A program made the position numbers and the translations under genes. The notes under the pieces are model-generated. The model was not told where the DNA came from and did not search any database. It was given only the letters and a program-made list of their open reading frames with translations. Below, piece by piece: positions 1 through 10,500 of a stretch of 64,000 nucleotides of DNA (positions are counted from its first letter, which is position 1; each line of letters starts with the position of its first letter). The stretch is from Sumerlaeia bacterium (lineage in GTDB: Bacteria > Sumerlaeota > Sumerlaeia > SLMS01 > JAHLLQ01), in NCBI GenBank assembly GCA_040219255.1, contig JAVJSW010000042.1, forward strand, positions 96,001 to 160,000, in the 5' to 3' direction.

Positions 1-1
1 A

Positions 2-3000
2 CCGAGCCCGGCGGAAGACCGCGATCCGGTGATTTCCCCCGACGACAAGTGGATCGCCTGGGTTTCCACGCGCGAGGATGCGTTCGGCGACATTTACGTG
101 CAGATTCTGCCCTTTGCCGAACCGTTCTTCCGCATTCCGTTCAACCTGCCTTTCATACCTGTTCTTGGCAAGGAAGGAGCCGCGCGTGTCAGCGAACGCG
201 GCTGGCGCGACCGCAATCCGCGCTGGGAAACTCGCGACGGCGACCTTTACCTCGTCTGGGACGCGGAATCGCCGGACGGTACGGTGGTGGTCAAGGAGGC
301 GCGGCCTGGCCGCTGGCGGGTACAGGAACGGCCTTCCGAGGCGGCGACAAGCGTGCAGAACCTCGTTCCCCCCTTTGGCGCCACGGTGGTCGAACCGCCC
401 GAGCGTGGCACGGAAACCTGGGTCCTGGCGGCCGACGACACGGACGGTGACGGCAGCCTGACCGCCGAAGACGCCCGAGGCGTCTGGGTTTACGATGAAG
501 AGCGCGCGATCTGGCGCCAATTGACCCCGCCCCTGCCGGGCGTCACGACACCCCTGGTGGGAAACCTCGGCAGCCTGGTGATGAGTGTAAACCTGCGAGG
601 AAACCGCGACCTGGTGGAGGTCGAGCGTCCCTACTTCGTGTCGCGCGTGGAGTCGGCGGGCGAGGCCTTGGAGCGTGGCCGCCAGATGCAGGCGAACTCG
701 CCGCTGAACATCTGGCCCGCCGTGGCCGTGTTCCGCCAGGGCTACCTGCTGGGTCCGGAAACCACGCCGGGCCAGCAGGCGCTGCTGGAGGCGCTGGGCA
801 TTCTCGATCTGGCGGAACGGCCCGAACAGGCCCTAGCCATGATCGGCGAAGCGCGCACGCGGGGCGGGCTGCAAGGTGAGGAGCGGCAACTGATCGAGAT
901 TTTCGAAGTGGCCTTCCGAGTCTCCGCGGCGGACCGCGGCAACCGCACGCCCTCGGAAACCCGCCAAGTCCGGCGGGAGGCGATCACGGAACTGGAAGCT
1001 CTGATCGCCGGTGGCGGGCTGACGCCCCGGGCTCGAGGACGGGCCTTGCTGGTGGCGGCGAGGGTCGCGGAAGAGAACGGACAACCCAAGCAGGCACTGG
1101 ACTTCGCCCAACTCGTGGAGGCGGACAACGCCATCCCGGTCGAGTTGCGCGGCGAATCGGCGCTGCTGCGGGCGGGAATTTACCGAGGGCTGGGGCTGCC
1201 GGACGATGTGCAACGGGTGCTGCTGAACATCCTGCGCGAGTACGCGACGCTGGAAACGGCGGAAGAGCAGGCGGCGCTGATGCTGACCGAGGTGGCGCTG
1301 GAAACAGCCACGGGAGCGTCCCTCGATGAAAAGCTTCGCCCCGTGCGGGCGTTGGCCTCCGCCCATCCCGATCTGGATTCGGTGCAGGTGGCGGCGTCGC
1401 TGGCGGCGGGCAACCTGCTGGCGGACGAAGTACGCTTCGAGGAGGCGGAGGAGGCGCTGCGGACAGCGATGACGTACACCCGCTCCGAGCCCCGGCTGGC
1501 GGCCCGCGCCGCTTTCGATCTCGCCCAGGTCCTCTCGCGCCAGAACGAATTCGCCGAGGCCATCGAGACCTACGAATCGGTCTCGGCGGACATGCGCAGT
1601 CAATTCTTCGCCGGCGCCCCGAGCTTCATCCGCCGGGCGCGGGAAGCCCTTATCAACGAGTACCTGCAAAAGGGCGACTACGAGCTGCGGGTGGGCGATC
1701 CGGCTCTGGCGCTGCGCACCTTCAGCGATCTGCTGGAGCTGGAGCCAGAGCTGACGGAAGGCTGGCGCGGATTCATCGACGCGCAGTTCCGCCTCGGCAT
1801 CCTGGATAGCGCGGCCAAGGCCCGCTACCGGCGCGAGGCGCTGGCGAACTTGCGCAGCGGACTCGCCCAGTACAAATACGGGCTGGCGATCACCTATCCG
1901 GAACCCACCGGCGCCTCGCGCGACATCCTGGAGCGGGCCATCGTCCTCGACGGCGCCAATCCCTATTTCCACCAGACCTTGGGTTTCGTGCTCGAATGGC
2001 AGGGCCGGCGAGGCGACCGCGAGAATCTGGCGCGGGCCCTGACGGCGAACCAGCGCGCGCTGGCGCTCCTGGACCGCCGGTCGCGCCCGGCGGACTACGC
2101 CAACTTGCTCCTGAACGCGGGCAACGTGGCGGGGGCGCTGCAAAGCTACGGCCGCGCGGCCGATCTCTACACGCAGCGCGTCGATTCCGGCGTTCCCTTC
2201 CGCGATACGCGAACGGAATTTCTTTTCTATTACAACTACGGCGAGGCGCTTTTCCAGGCTTCCCGTCCGCTCGATGCGGCGGAGGCGTGGCAAACGGCTC
2301 TGGTGCTGATTCCGGCGTTGGTGAACTACAACATTCTGACCCCCGAGCAGGGCGAAGAACGGCAGCTCGAACTGTACGACCGGCGGGCGCTCGCTTTGCG
2401 CGAGGCGGGCCGGCGGCGCGAGGCCGCGGAGCTGTTCGATCTCGTGGCGCAAGCCAATCTGCCGCAGTCCTTCAACCGCGCCCGCGCCTACCGCAACAAG
2501 GGATTCACGTTGCACCTGCTGTCCCAGCGGCAAACCGGCGCGGCCCGCCGCGACACGCTGCTGCAGGCGAAAAAAGCGCTGGAGCAAGCGCTGGCGATCG
2601 TAACGTCGGAGGGGCTGACACTGACTTCTCTGACCGGCACGGACCTGACACCGTCGTTCCAGTTCGGCTTCGACATCACCATCTCGGCCGGGGGCTCGGG
2701 CGCGGCGCTGCAAGACTTCTCGCCCGAGGAGGAAGAGCAACTGATCCGCGCGGGACTCGCGCGCGTCACCCAGGACCTCGGCCAGCACGCGGAGGCCATC
2801 GCCCAATTGCGCCAGCAGCTCAGCAACCGCCCCAAAGTCAACGCGGCGAACAAGGGCTATTATCGAACTGTGCGTCTGGTGAATTATGAAAGCCTGGCGA
2901 ACGAGTACCTCAAACTCGGCGAGCGCGAGGAAGCGGCCAAGGCCCTCGTGCAGGCCATCGACGAAGCCTACTTCACCGTGAAGGACCTGCCCCAGGTGAA

Positions 3001-6000
3001 CGGGGCGGGGTTGTCGCTGGTGCTGGGGCGGTTGACGGAAATGGCGCTCGACGGCGAGCCCTTTCCGGTTTCCGCCGACGAGCTGAAGGAAACATGGCTG
3101 GGAGAGCGATTCCGCGGTGAGGACCCGGTCGAGGCACTGGATTGGTGCCTGGAGCAGGCGCTGGCTCTGCGGGGCGAGGAGACCGGCGAGTACATCGTTT
3201 TCCGCTATGAGTATCGCGGCCGGCTGCAACTGGCGCGGGCGCTCCTGGCCGAACGTTCAGCGGTGAATCTTGGCGAGGAGGGACTGCCGCTGCTGCGATC
3301 CGCGGTGGATGGCGAGCGGGCTCGCATCCTGGCGCAGCAGCTCATCGACAACTCGCTGACGTCTGAGGAGGGGGGCTCGGTAGAGAAACTGGCTCTCTTC
3401 GCCCACGCCGTTCTGATCCGGGCAGCGGCCCGCAGCGGCTCGGTGGAGGACACGGAAGCGGCGGTCGAATCGGCGCTGAACTACGCCCGGCAGGCGGGCT
3501 GGGAGCACTTCCAATGGTGGCTGGCGGCGCAACCGGCGTTGATCGCGGGCTATCCGCAGACGGTCGAATCGGTCCGGTTGGCGCTCGAGCAGCTCGAAGC
3601 GCAGACACCCGGCGTCGCGACGCAGGAAACTCCCGTGCCCTACGACTTGCTGGCGTACTGTGAGCAGGTGGCCGTTTCCGCCGCCGCGCGCGAGGGCGAT
3701 TGGAACGAGGCTTGGGGCTTGGCGGAGCGCTGGCGCGCCATGCGGTTGCAACTCGGATTCACGGAAAGCCTGCCCCCCGCCCGCGAGTCCGACACCGCCG
3801 GGGCCGAGTGGCTGGCCACGGCGCGGACGCTAAAGCGCGCCACCCGCGACAAGCTGGTGCGGCTGCGCGATCTCCCCTACCTGGACCCGAACGTGGCCCA
3901 GGCGCGGCGAGAACTGGCGGAAGCCCGCAATGCCTGGGTCGCCCATTTGAACGAAGGCCGCGACGCCGGTATCGCCGCGGCTCTGATGATCGCGCCACGC
4001 GCGTCCTACGGCGATGGCAACACGCCGATCGAATTCGCCTCGCAGCTCTTCGACTTCGGACTCGCGCTGCCCGGTCCGCCGGCGCTGGTGCTTGTGACGC
4101 GGGAAGGCGCCGCCGCCTGGGCGGACCCCGAGAACCCGACGCAGGCCCGCCCCCTCGCATCTCCGGCTGACTGGGATTGGCTCGCCCGCCAGGCCACGGT
4201 CTGGTTCGTCAGCGGCGAGCCGCTGTCACCGGGAGCCGCTCCGGAGACGGTGACAGTCAGCCGGCTGCTGAACGCGGAAATGACGGCGGAGGCGCTGCGA
4301 ACCTACCGCTTCGACGTCTCGCCAGAGCCGGTCGCGGTCGCTGCGCCGGAGCGAACACTGACCTCGTCGGAACTCCGCCAGAGACTTCTCGACGGGCCGG
4401 ACATCGAACTGACGGCGCCGATCCTGACAAACGCGAGCGATCCGCTGGCATGGACACTGGAGGGTTCCGAACTGCAACTACGCGGGCTGGTGGCGGCTTT
4501 GCCGGACGTGGCGATTCTTCGCGCGACCTTGAAGGAAGCCACAGGAACCCGCAAGATCACGGCGAATCTTTCGCTGCGCCATCGCATCAACCAAGAGTTC
4601 CTGGCGGCGGCGATGTTCTATGGCGGCGTGACGGAGGCGATGATCGACGGCGAGCGCTGGCTCGGCGCGATCTTCAGCCCGGTCGAGTTGCGAGAGTTGG
4701 CCGAGCAGCAGGACGATGCGGATGTCGGCACCGTGATCGGCCGGCTGGAAAGCGGCGAAACAGCGGAGGCCCTGGCGCCGGCGCAACGCCTCTTCTCGAT
4801 TCGCCAGACCCTGGAGAAAAGCCCGCAGGACGTGGCCGAGGCGGGGCTGGTTCTCGCCCAGATCGAGGCGGACCTGGACCGTTACGCCCAAGCAGCGGAC
4901 GCGGCGGCGCGTGTCGTGAACGTGCTGGAGGGACAGGACGCGGAGCCGGCGACACTGGTGAACGCGCTGGATACGCTGGCGAGCTACGCGACGCGGGCCC
5001 GGGATTTCGATCAGGCGCTGGAGGCCAAATCGCGCTCCGCAAGTCTTTATGAACAACTGGGTGCTCTGGACTTACAGACAGAGGCCATCGCGGAGATGGG
5101 CGTTCTGGAGGAAAACCGGGGCAATTACGAGGAGGCCCTAAGCCAGTTCCGCCGTGCGCGGCAAATGGCCGCCGATTTCGGCGATCCGTACCTGGAAGCC
5201 AAGCAGTATCAACGCATCGGGCGCATCTACCTGCTTCGCCAGAACGATTATGTCAAGGCGGGCGAAGCCTTCGCCCAGGCCCGCGAGCTGGCCAGTGCCG
5301 CGCAGGCGCTGGAATTGGAGCTGGAGTCGCGCCTCGATCTTGCGCGCGTCGATGCCCGGCTGGGGCGGTTCGATGCCGCCATCGAGACGGCGAGGGCCGT
5401 TCGCGAGGACTCCCGCGATGCCAGCCTGCCCGTGGTAGAGACGGACGGGCTCCTGGTGGAGGGTGAAACCCATTGGGCCAAAGCGGATTACTTCGAGGCC
5501 TTCCAGCGCCAGCGCGAGGCGTTGCTGCTGGCCCAGGAGACGGACGACCAGCCCAACCGCTTCCGCGCGCGGAACTTCGCGGGGCTGATCTATTGGGCCC
5601 TGAACGATACGGAGGCGGCGCTCGCCGAATTCGACGAGGCCCTGAGACTGGCCCGTGAAATGATCTTCGACCTGGAAGTGGCCACCGCCCACAACAACCG
5701 CGGCCTGGTCTTCCGGTCCATGAAGCAATACCCGCGCGCCCTGGTGGAATTCAACGCGGCGCTGGCCATCGACCGGCGCCAGGGCAATGACTGGGGCGTG
5801 GCCTATGCCCAGCGCAATATCGGTCTGACGCATCTGCAAGACGAAAAACCCGAGCAATCCGTGGCTCCGCTGGAGGAAGCGGTGGCTCTGACGCAGAAGA
5901 TCGGCGACGAGCTGAATGGCGCCAAGGCGCTCGTGGCGCTGGCGGATGCGCGGCGGCAGCTCGGCGAGACGGAAGCGGCAAGCGACCTGTACGACCGGGC

Positions 6001-7552
6001 GCTGGAGAAATCCCGCACCGTGATCGTTCCCGAGGTCGAATGGCGCGCGCTTTATGGCATGGCGAAGCTGGCCATGGAAGCCGGTGAACCGCAAGAAGCC
6101 CGGGCCCGCCTGGGCGAGGCCATCGACGTGGTGGAGCGCCTGCGCGCCCGAATCCGCATCGAAGAATTCCAGGACGGTTTCCTGCTCGATAAGCAGGAAC
6201 TCTATGACGACATGGTGCGGCTGCTGTTGGACCAAGACGACGTGGCCGGGGCGTATAACTACAGCGAGCGGTCGCGCGGACGGCAGTTCCTGGACTTGCT
6301 GGGCAACGCCAGCATCGACTTCCGCAACCCGCAGGACACCGCCACCATCGAGCGGGAGGCCGCTCTGAGATCGGACATCGAGTCCCTCGAGCGCCAGGTA
6401 GCCGGGGCGGAGGACGAGGCCGCGCGCGAGCGGCTCGCGGGGAATCTGGAGTCGGCGCGGCGCGATTACAGCGCCTTCCTTATCGAGCTGCGGGCCCGCG
6501 ACCCGAAGCTGTCGAGCTTTGTCGAGGTCCCGACGCTCGATGTGGCGGAGTTGCAGCGGCTCCTCGAGCCCGGCACCCGCATCGTCGAGTACCACGTGCT
6601 GCCGGACGAGCTGGTGGCCTGGGTAGTCGGGCCGAACGATTTGCGCGTCGTCCGAACGCCGGTGACGCGGGATGAGCTGACACAAGATATCGGCGTTCTG
6701 CGCCTGAGAATGCAGGACTTCCGGTCCGTGGCGAACGATCTGATGGGCCTGTCGGCTTTGCTAATCGAGCCGGTGCTGCCGCTCCTGGACGGGGACGTGA
6801 AGCGCCTGGGAATCGTGGCCCACCGCGAGTTGCACACGATGCCGTTTTCCGCTTTGCCGGCCGGCCCCGAGTCCGACCTGATCGACCGCTTCGCGCTCTT
6901 CAACGCGCCCAGCGCCAGCGTTCTGCGCTACACGTTCGGGCGCCGTGGAGAGGGTCGCGGCGACCGCGTCCTGGCTCTTGGCAATCCAAACCTGGGCGAC
7001 GAGCGCCTCGATCTGCCCTTTGCGCAGAAGGAGGCGGAGCGCCTGCTCTGGCAGTTCCCCAACGCGACCCTTCTGACCGGCGAGGAAGCTTCGGAAACCT
7101 ACGTCCAGAACACCTCCGACGAATTCGCCATCCTGCACCTCGCCACCCACGGCGAGTTCGACCCCCAGATGCCCCTGCTGTCCGGCGTCCGGCTGACGCC
7201 GGACACGGAAAACGACGGCGTGCTCAGCGCCCAGGAGGTTTTCGGCCTTAGCCTGCGGGCCGATATGGTCGTGCTGTCGGCTTGCCAGACGGGCCTCGGC
7301 CGCGTCTCCAACGGCGACGACGTGGTGGGCCTGAACCGGGCGTTCTTGTTCGCTGGCACGAGGCAATTGCTCTCGACGCTGTGGCGCGTCGACGACGTTT
7401 CGACGGCGGTGCTGGTGAAGCACTTCTACCGCAATCTATCGGCCGGGATGGATACGGCGGAGGCTCTGCGACAGGCGCAACTGACGGTGCGGCAACGCTT
7501 CGACCACCCGGCCCACTGGGCCGGCATGAACCTGACGGGCGACTGGAAGTAA
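2..7552 (+). CDS. Giant TPR + CHAT (caspase HetF-like peptidase) protein with N-terminal PD40/TolB-like repeats; 5'-truncated by window edge
   Basis: Frame open from base 2 (PSPAEDRDPVISPDDKWIAWVSTRE, a PD40-like repeat); many TPR-like helices; C-terminal CHAT motifs HLATHG and VLSACQTG, ending HPAHWAG. Confidence 0.9.
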   Translation, partial: PSPAEDRDPVISPDDKWIAWVSTREDAFGDIYVQILPFAEPFFRIPFNLPFIPVLGKEGAARVSERGWRDRNPRWETRDGDLYLVWDAESPDGTVVVKEARPGRWRVQERPSEAATSVQNLVPPFGATVVEPPERGTETWVLAADDTDGDGSLTAEDARGVWVYDEERAIWRQLTPPLPGVTTPLVGNLGSLVMSVNLRGNRDLVEVERPYFVSRVESAGEALERGRQMQANSPLNIWPAVAVFRQGYLLGPETTPGQQALLEALGILDLAERPEQALAMIGEARTRGGLQGEERQLIEIFEVAFRVSAADRGNRTPSETRQVRREAITELEALIAGGGLTPRARGRALLVAARVAEENGQPKQALDFAQLVEADNAIPVELRGESALLRAGIYRGLGLPDDVQRVLLNILREYATLETAEEQAALMLTEVALETATGASLDEKLRPVRALASAHPDLDSVQVAASLAAGNLLADEVRFEEAEEALRTAMTYTRSEPRLAARAAFDLAQVLSRQNEFAEAIETYESVSADMRSQFFAGAPSFIRRAREALINEYLQKGDYELRVGDPALALRTFSDLLELEPELTEGWRGFIDAQFRLGILDSAAKARYRREALANLRSGLAQYKYGLAITYPEPTGASRDILERAIVLDGANPYFHQTLGFVLEWQGRRGDRENLARALTANQRALALLDRRSRPADYANLLLNAGNVAGALQSYGRAADLYTQRVDSGVPFRDTRTEFLFYYNYGEALFQASRPLDAAEAWQTALVLIPALVNYNILTPEQGEERQLELYDRRALALREAGRRREAAELFDLVAQANLPQSFNRARAYRNKGFTLHLLSQRQTGAARRDTLLQAKKALEQALAIVTSEGLTLTSLTGTDLTPSFQFGFDITISAGGSGAALQDFSPEEEEQLIRAGLARVTQDLGQHAEAIAQLRQQLSNRPKVNAANKGYYRTVRLVNYESLANEYLKLGEREEAAKALVQAIDEAYFTVKDLPQVNGAGLSLVLGRLTEMALDGEPFPVSADELKETWLGERFRGEDPVEALDWCLEQALALRGEETGEYIVFRYEYRGRLQLARALLAERSAVNLGEEGLPLLRSAVDGERARILAQQLIDNSLTSEEGGSVEKLALFAHAVLIRAAARSGSVEDTEAAVESALNYARQAGWEHFQWWLAAQPALIAGYPQTVESVRLALEQLEAQTPGVATQETPVPYDLLAYCEQVAVSAAAREGDWNEAWGLAERWRAMRLQLGFTESLPPARESDTAGAEWLATARTLKRATRDKLVRLRDLPYLDPNVAQARRELAEARNAWVAHLNEGRDAGIAAALMIAPRASYGDGNTPIEFASQLFDFGLALPGPPALVLVTREGAAAWADPENPTQARPLASPADWDWLARQATVWFVSGEPLSPGAAPETVTVSRLLNAEMTAEALRTYRFDVSPEPVAVAAPERTLTSSELRQRLLDGPDIELTAPILTNASDPLAWTLEGSELQLRGLVAALPDVAILRATLKEATGTRKITANLSLRHRINQEFLAAAMFYGGVTEAMIDGERWLGAIFSPVELRELAEQQDDADVGTVIGRLESGETAEALAPAQRLFSIRQTLEKSPQDVAEAGLVLAQIEADLDRYAQAADAAARVVNVLEGQDAEPATLVNALDTLASYATRARDFDQALEAKSRSASLYEQLGALDLQTEAIAEMGVLEENRGNYEEALSQFRRARQMAADFGDPYLEAKQYQRIGRIYLLRQNDYVKAGEAFAQARELASAAQALELELESRLDLARVDARLGRFDAAIETARAVREDSRDASLPVVETDGLLVEGETHWAKADYFEAFQRQREALLLAQETDDQPNRFRARNFAGLIYWALNDTEAALAEFDEALRLAREMIFDLEVATAHNNRGLVFRSMKQYPRALVEFNAALAIDRRQGNDWGVAYAQRNIGLTHLQDEKPEQSVAPLEEAVALTQKIGDELNGAKALVALADARRQLGETEAASDLYDRALEKSRTVIVPEVEWRALYGMAKLAMEAGEPQEARARLGEAIDVVERLRARIRIEEFQDGFLLDKQELYDDMVRLLLDQDDVAGAYNYSERSRGRQFLDLLGNASIDFRNPQDTATIEREAALRSDIESLERQVAGAEDEAARERLAGNLESARRDYSAFLIELRARDPKLSSFVEVPTLDVAELQRLLEPGTRIVEYHVLPDELVAWVVGPNDLRVVRTPVTRDELTQDIGVLRLRMQDFRSVANDLMGLSALLIEPVLPLLDGDVKRLGIVAHRELHTMPFSALPAGPESDLIDRFALFNAPSASVLRYTFGRRGEGRGDRVLALGNPNLGDERLDLPFAQKEAERLLWQFPNATLLTGEEASETYVQNTSDEFAILHLATHGEFDPQMPLLSGVRLTPDTENDGVLSAQEVFGLSLRADMVVLSACQTGLGRVSNGDDVVGLNRAFLFAGTRQLLSTLWRVDDVSTAVLVKHFYRNLSAGMDTAEALRQAQLTVRQRFDHPAHWAGMNLTGDWK

Positions 7553-7565
7553 CCGCCGAGAAGGC

Positions 7566-10500
7566 TCACTCTTCGACCGAGAAGACTTTGACGCTTTCCA
7601 GGAAGAGTGCGCCATTCGCGGCGTCGCCGTTGCCAGCGATGTCGAGCAGATCGAAGGAAATCAGCAACTCGCGGCCGGATTCGTTCAACGGCGGCAGAAT
7701 CACACGGTACGTCTTCGACTCCGTGGGCTTGGGGCCGTTGACGGGCATATCGGTCGTCGAGGTGATCTGGGTGTAGCGGGACATCTGGAATTCGCTCTCG
7801 TTGAGCCGCATGCGGAAGGCGGGCACTTCGGCGGGAACGGCCACATCGGTGCCTACGGTGAACTCCACGATGTAGAGCCTGCCGATCTCGATGGGAACGC
7901 GATCGGCGGCGGGAACTTCCCACCACCCGACGACACCCTGGCCATTGGTGGGCTGGGTACGCAGGGAAAGTCCCTGACTTGTCGAGGCGAAGGACGGTGC
8001 CTCGAACGCCCCTTCGATGGTGTTGCTGGTCCAGCCATGGTCCATGGAGGCAGTGAAATCCCACTGGCGCTCGAGCCGGCCCGCCGCAGGGACTTCCGTG
8101 CGTGCGATCCAGACGGTATCGAGAAACAGAGTCACCTGACTAGCGTCTCCACCACCCAGGTTCAAGAGATCGAAGGCGGCCTGCAAGACGTCGGACGCCT
8201 CGGCCATTTCGAGATAAACGGTGTAGGTCGAGGCTCGTTCGCCCAAGACTGGCGAGAGCACACCCTGACCGGTGGACTCGAGGGTCAGAACGTCGTCCCG
8301 CTCATTGTCGCGGCTGGCGGTGCGCAGGCGGAACTGCGGAACGGTGTCGCGGTTGGGCGCATTGGAGGCGACGGCGAACTCGGCTTTGATGAGGGAAAGG
8401 GAATCGCTGGCCGCCGCGTCGTCCAAAACCGCTTCCCAAGGCGAGTGCCAGAATCCGAAATCGGTCCGGTTATCGCCGGTCTGGATGGCGAGGCTCGACA
8501 CCGGCTCGGTGGTGACAAATCCCGCAGGTTCGGAGAAGAATCCGGGCAAGGTGACGAATGTCCATCCGGAGGAGGCGCCGGGTCCTTCGAAGGAATAAGA
8601 AGCGACGGGGCCCTTCGGGTCCGCGGCGATCCCCCGCAACCGGACGATGAAAGCGTCCGCGCCGTTCGCCTGGACCGGAATGGTCATCGCGCCTTCATAA
8701 ACGCCCGGTTCGGTGGACTTGAGGATGAGCGCGATTTCGGTCTGCTCACCGGGGGCGAGGCTGCCTGCGTGCGAACCGAGTTCGGAGAAAGGCGGCGTCA
8801 CTTCCACCGCGTCCAAAGGGATGGCGGTGCCGCCGTTGTTGAGAATCTGGAACACGACGGGGGGTGCGTCCTCCGAACGGAGGCGCAGCGGGTCGAACTC
8901 GACGACTTGCCCGGAAACGATCGGCTGTCGCGTGGACTTGTCGAGAACGGCATAGGAGGGCGCGGCGGGGCCTTCGCATTCGTAATCCCGCACGAGCGGC
9001 CGCATTTCCACCGAGAGCAATTCGCCGCCGTCCTGGAAAGCGGAATCGGTGATCCGCAAAGTCCACTGGCCGGCGAGCCGTTTCCCGTTCAGCGACGAAA
9101 GCGCGCCCTCCGGGCGGAAGGAACCGCTGAACGGAGCATTGCCGTTCGCGATTGCGATTCGGGCTTCGTCGTCAAAGACCGTGCCGTTCATATTGTCTCC
9201 CGAGTCGCCCCGCTGATCGATCAGCGACACTTGGGTTCCGTCGGGATGGATCAGGGTGATACTCACATCGTCCATGAACGTGTGCGTCAGGTTGATTTGG
9301 ACGTTCAGGTCGGTGAGAACTCCGTCCTGGGCGACCGCCATCGGCACATTCACCGATCCCGGGTCCGGTCCGATGGAGACATCGGTGAAGGTCAGCGGGA
9401 GGGTGAGTCGCTGCTCGCGCGCGGTGCCGACGGGCAAGGCGAGTGGGAACTGCTCGCCTCCCTCGTCGAAGGTCAAGTCGACCGAGAAAGCGACGACTTC
9501 GCCGCAGATCGCATCCCCAGCCAGATCGAACACGAAGGCCGCATCGGGCAAAACCGTTTCGCCCTGGGGGATCGTCCCGTAGGAAACCGTCGCGTTGCGG
9601 ACGACCACACTGGGCGTGGCGGTAGAGAGTGTGGCGAGGACGTTGGTGGCGCTCCGCCCCTCGTTTTCGATCGCCAGAGTGAGACTCAAACCCGTTTCGC
9701 CTGGATCGGCGGCGCCGTTACCGTTGCCGTTTTCCGCGCTGTCGGTCAGAGCGGCGGAGGCGACGCCGAGGTGGGGGATGAAATCGCAGACCGGACCGGT
9801 GGGCAGTTCGAAGCGGATCACCTGATCCGGCTGGCCGGAAACGGTGGCGACCAGTTGCAAGAAGACTGGCGTGCCACAGGCGAAGTCCTCGCCGATGCGA
9901 ATGGCATAAGGGGCAAGGCTTTCCCCCGTTTGGCCTCCGGAGATGGAGGGGAAGGCGATGGGTCCGGCGGTTTGCACGGACACCTGCGCGGAAACCGCTT
10001 CGAGGCGGGCAGTGAAGGCGGGGACGGGACCCGAGGCGTTATTGACGAGGCGCACGGTGAATGCCAGACCCGCCTCGCCCGGTTCCGCGACCCCATCGCC
10101 ATCGCCGCCCGCCGAATCGTCAAGCGGTCCCAGGGAGGCGAACACGAGGGAGGGCAAGTCCGTCCCATCGAGGGTCAGGACACCCGTGTTCAGGGGATCC
10201 AGCCAATCCTTGAGGCGCGTCTGCGGAGTTCCGCCGCCCTCCCAAGACACCGCGATGCGGCCGTACCAATCGGGGTCGTCGTTGCCGCAGGCTGCGAACC
10301 CGCCGGTCAACTGTCCGACGATGCGCTTGTTCGGATCGAAAAGGGCCGAACCGGAGGAACCGGGCTCGGTGGTGCCCAGATTCCAATCGGCCACGCGAAT
10401 ATGGGTCGTTCCCGAACCGGCGTCGCCCAAATAGGCGGAAAGGGCGGTCGGGTCGTCTTCGAAGGAAATGCGCTTTTCCTCGACGTTCGGATGATGGATC

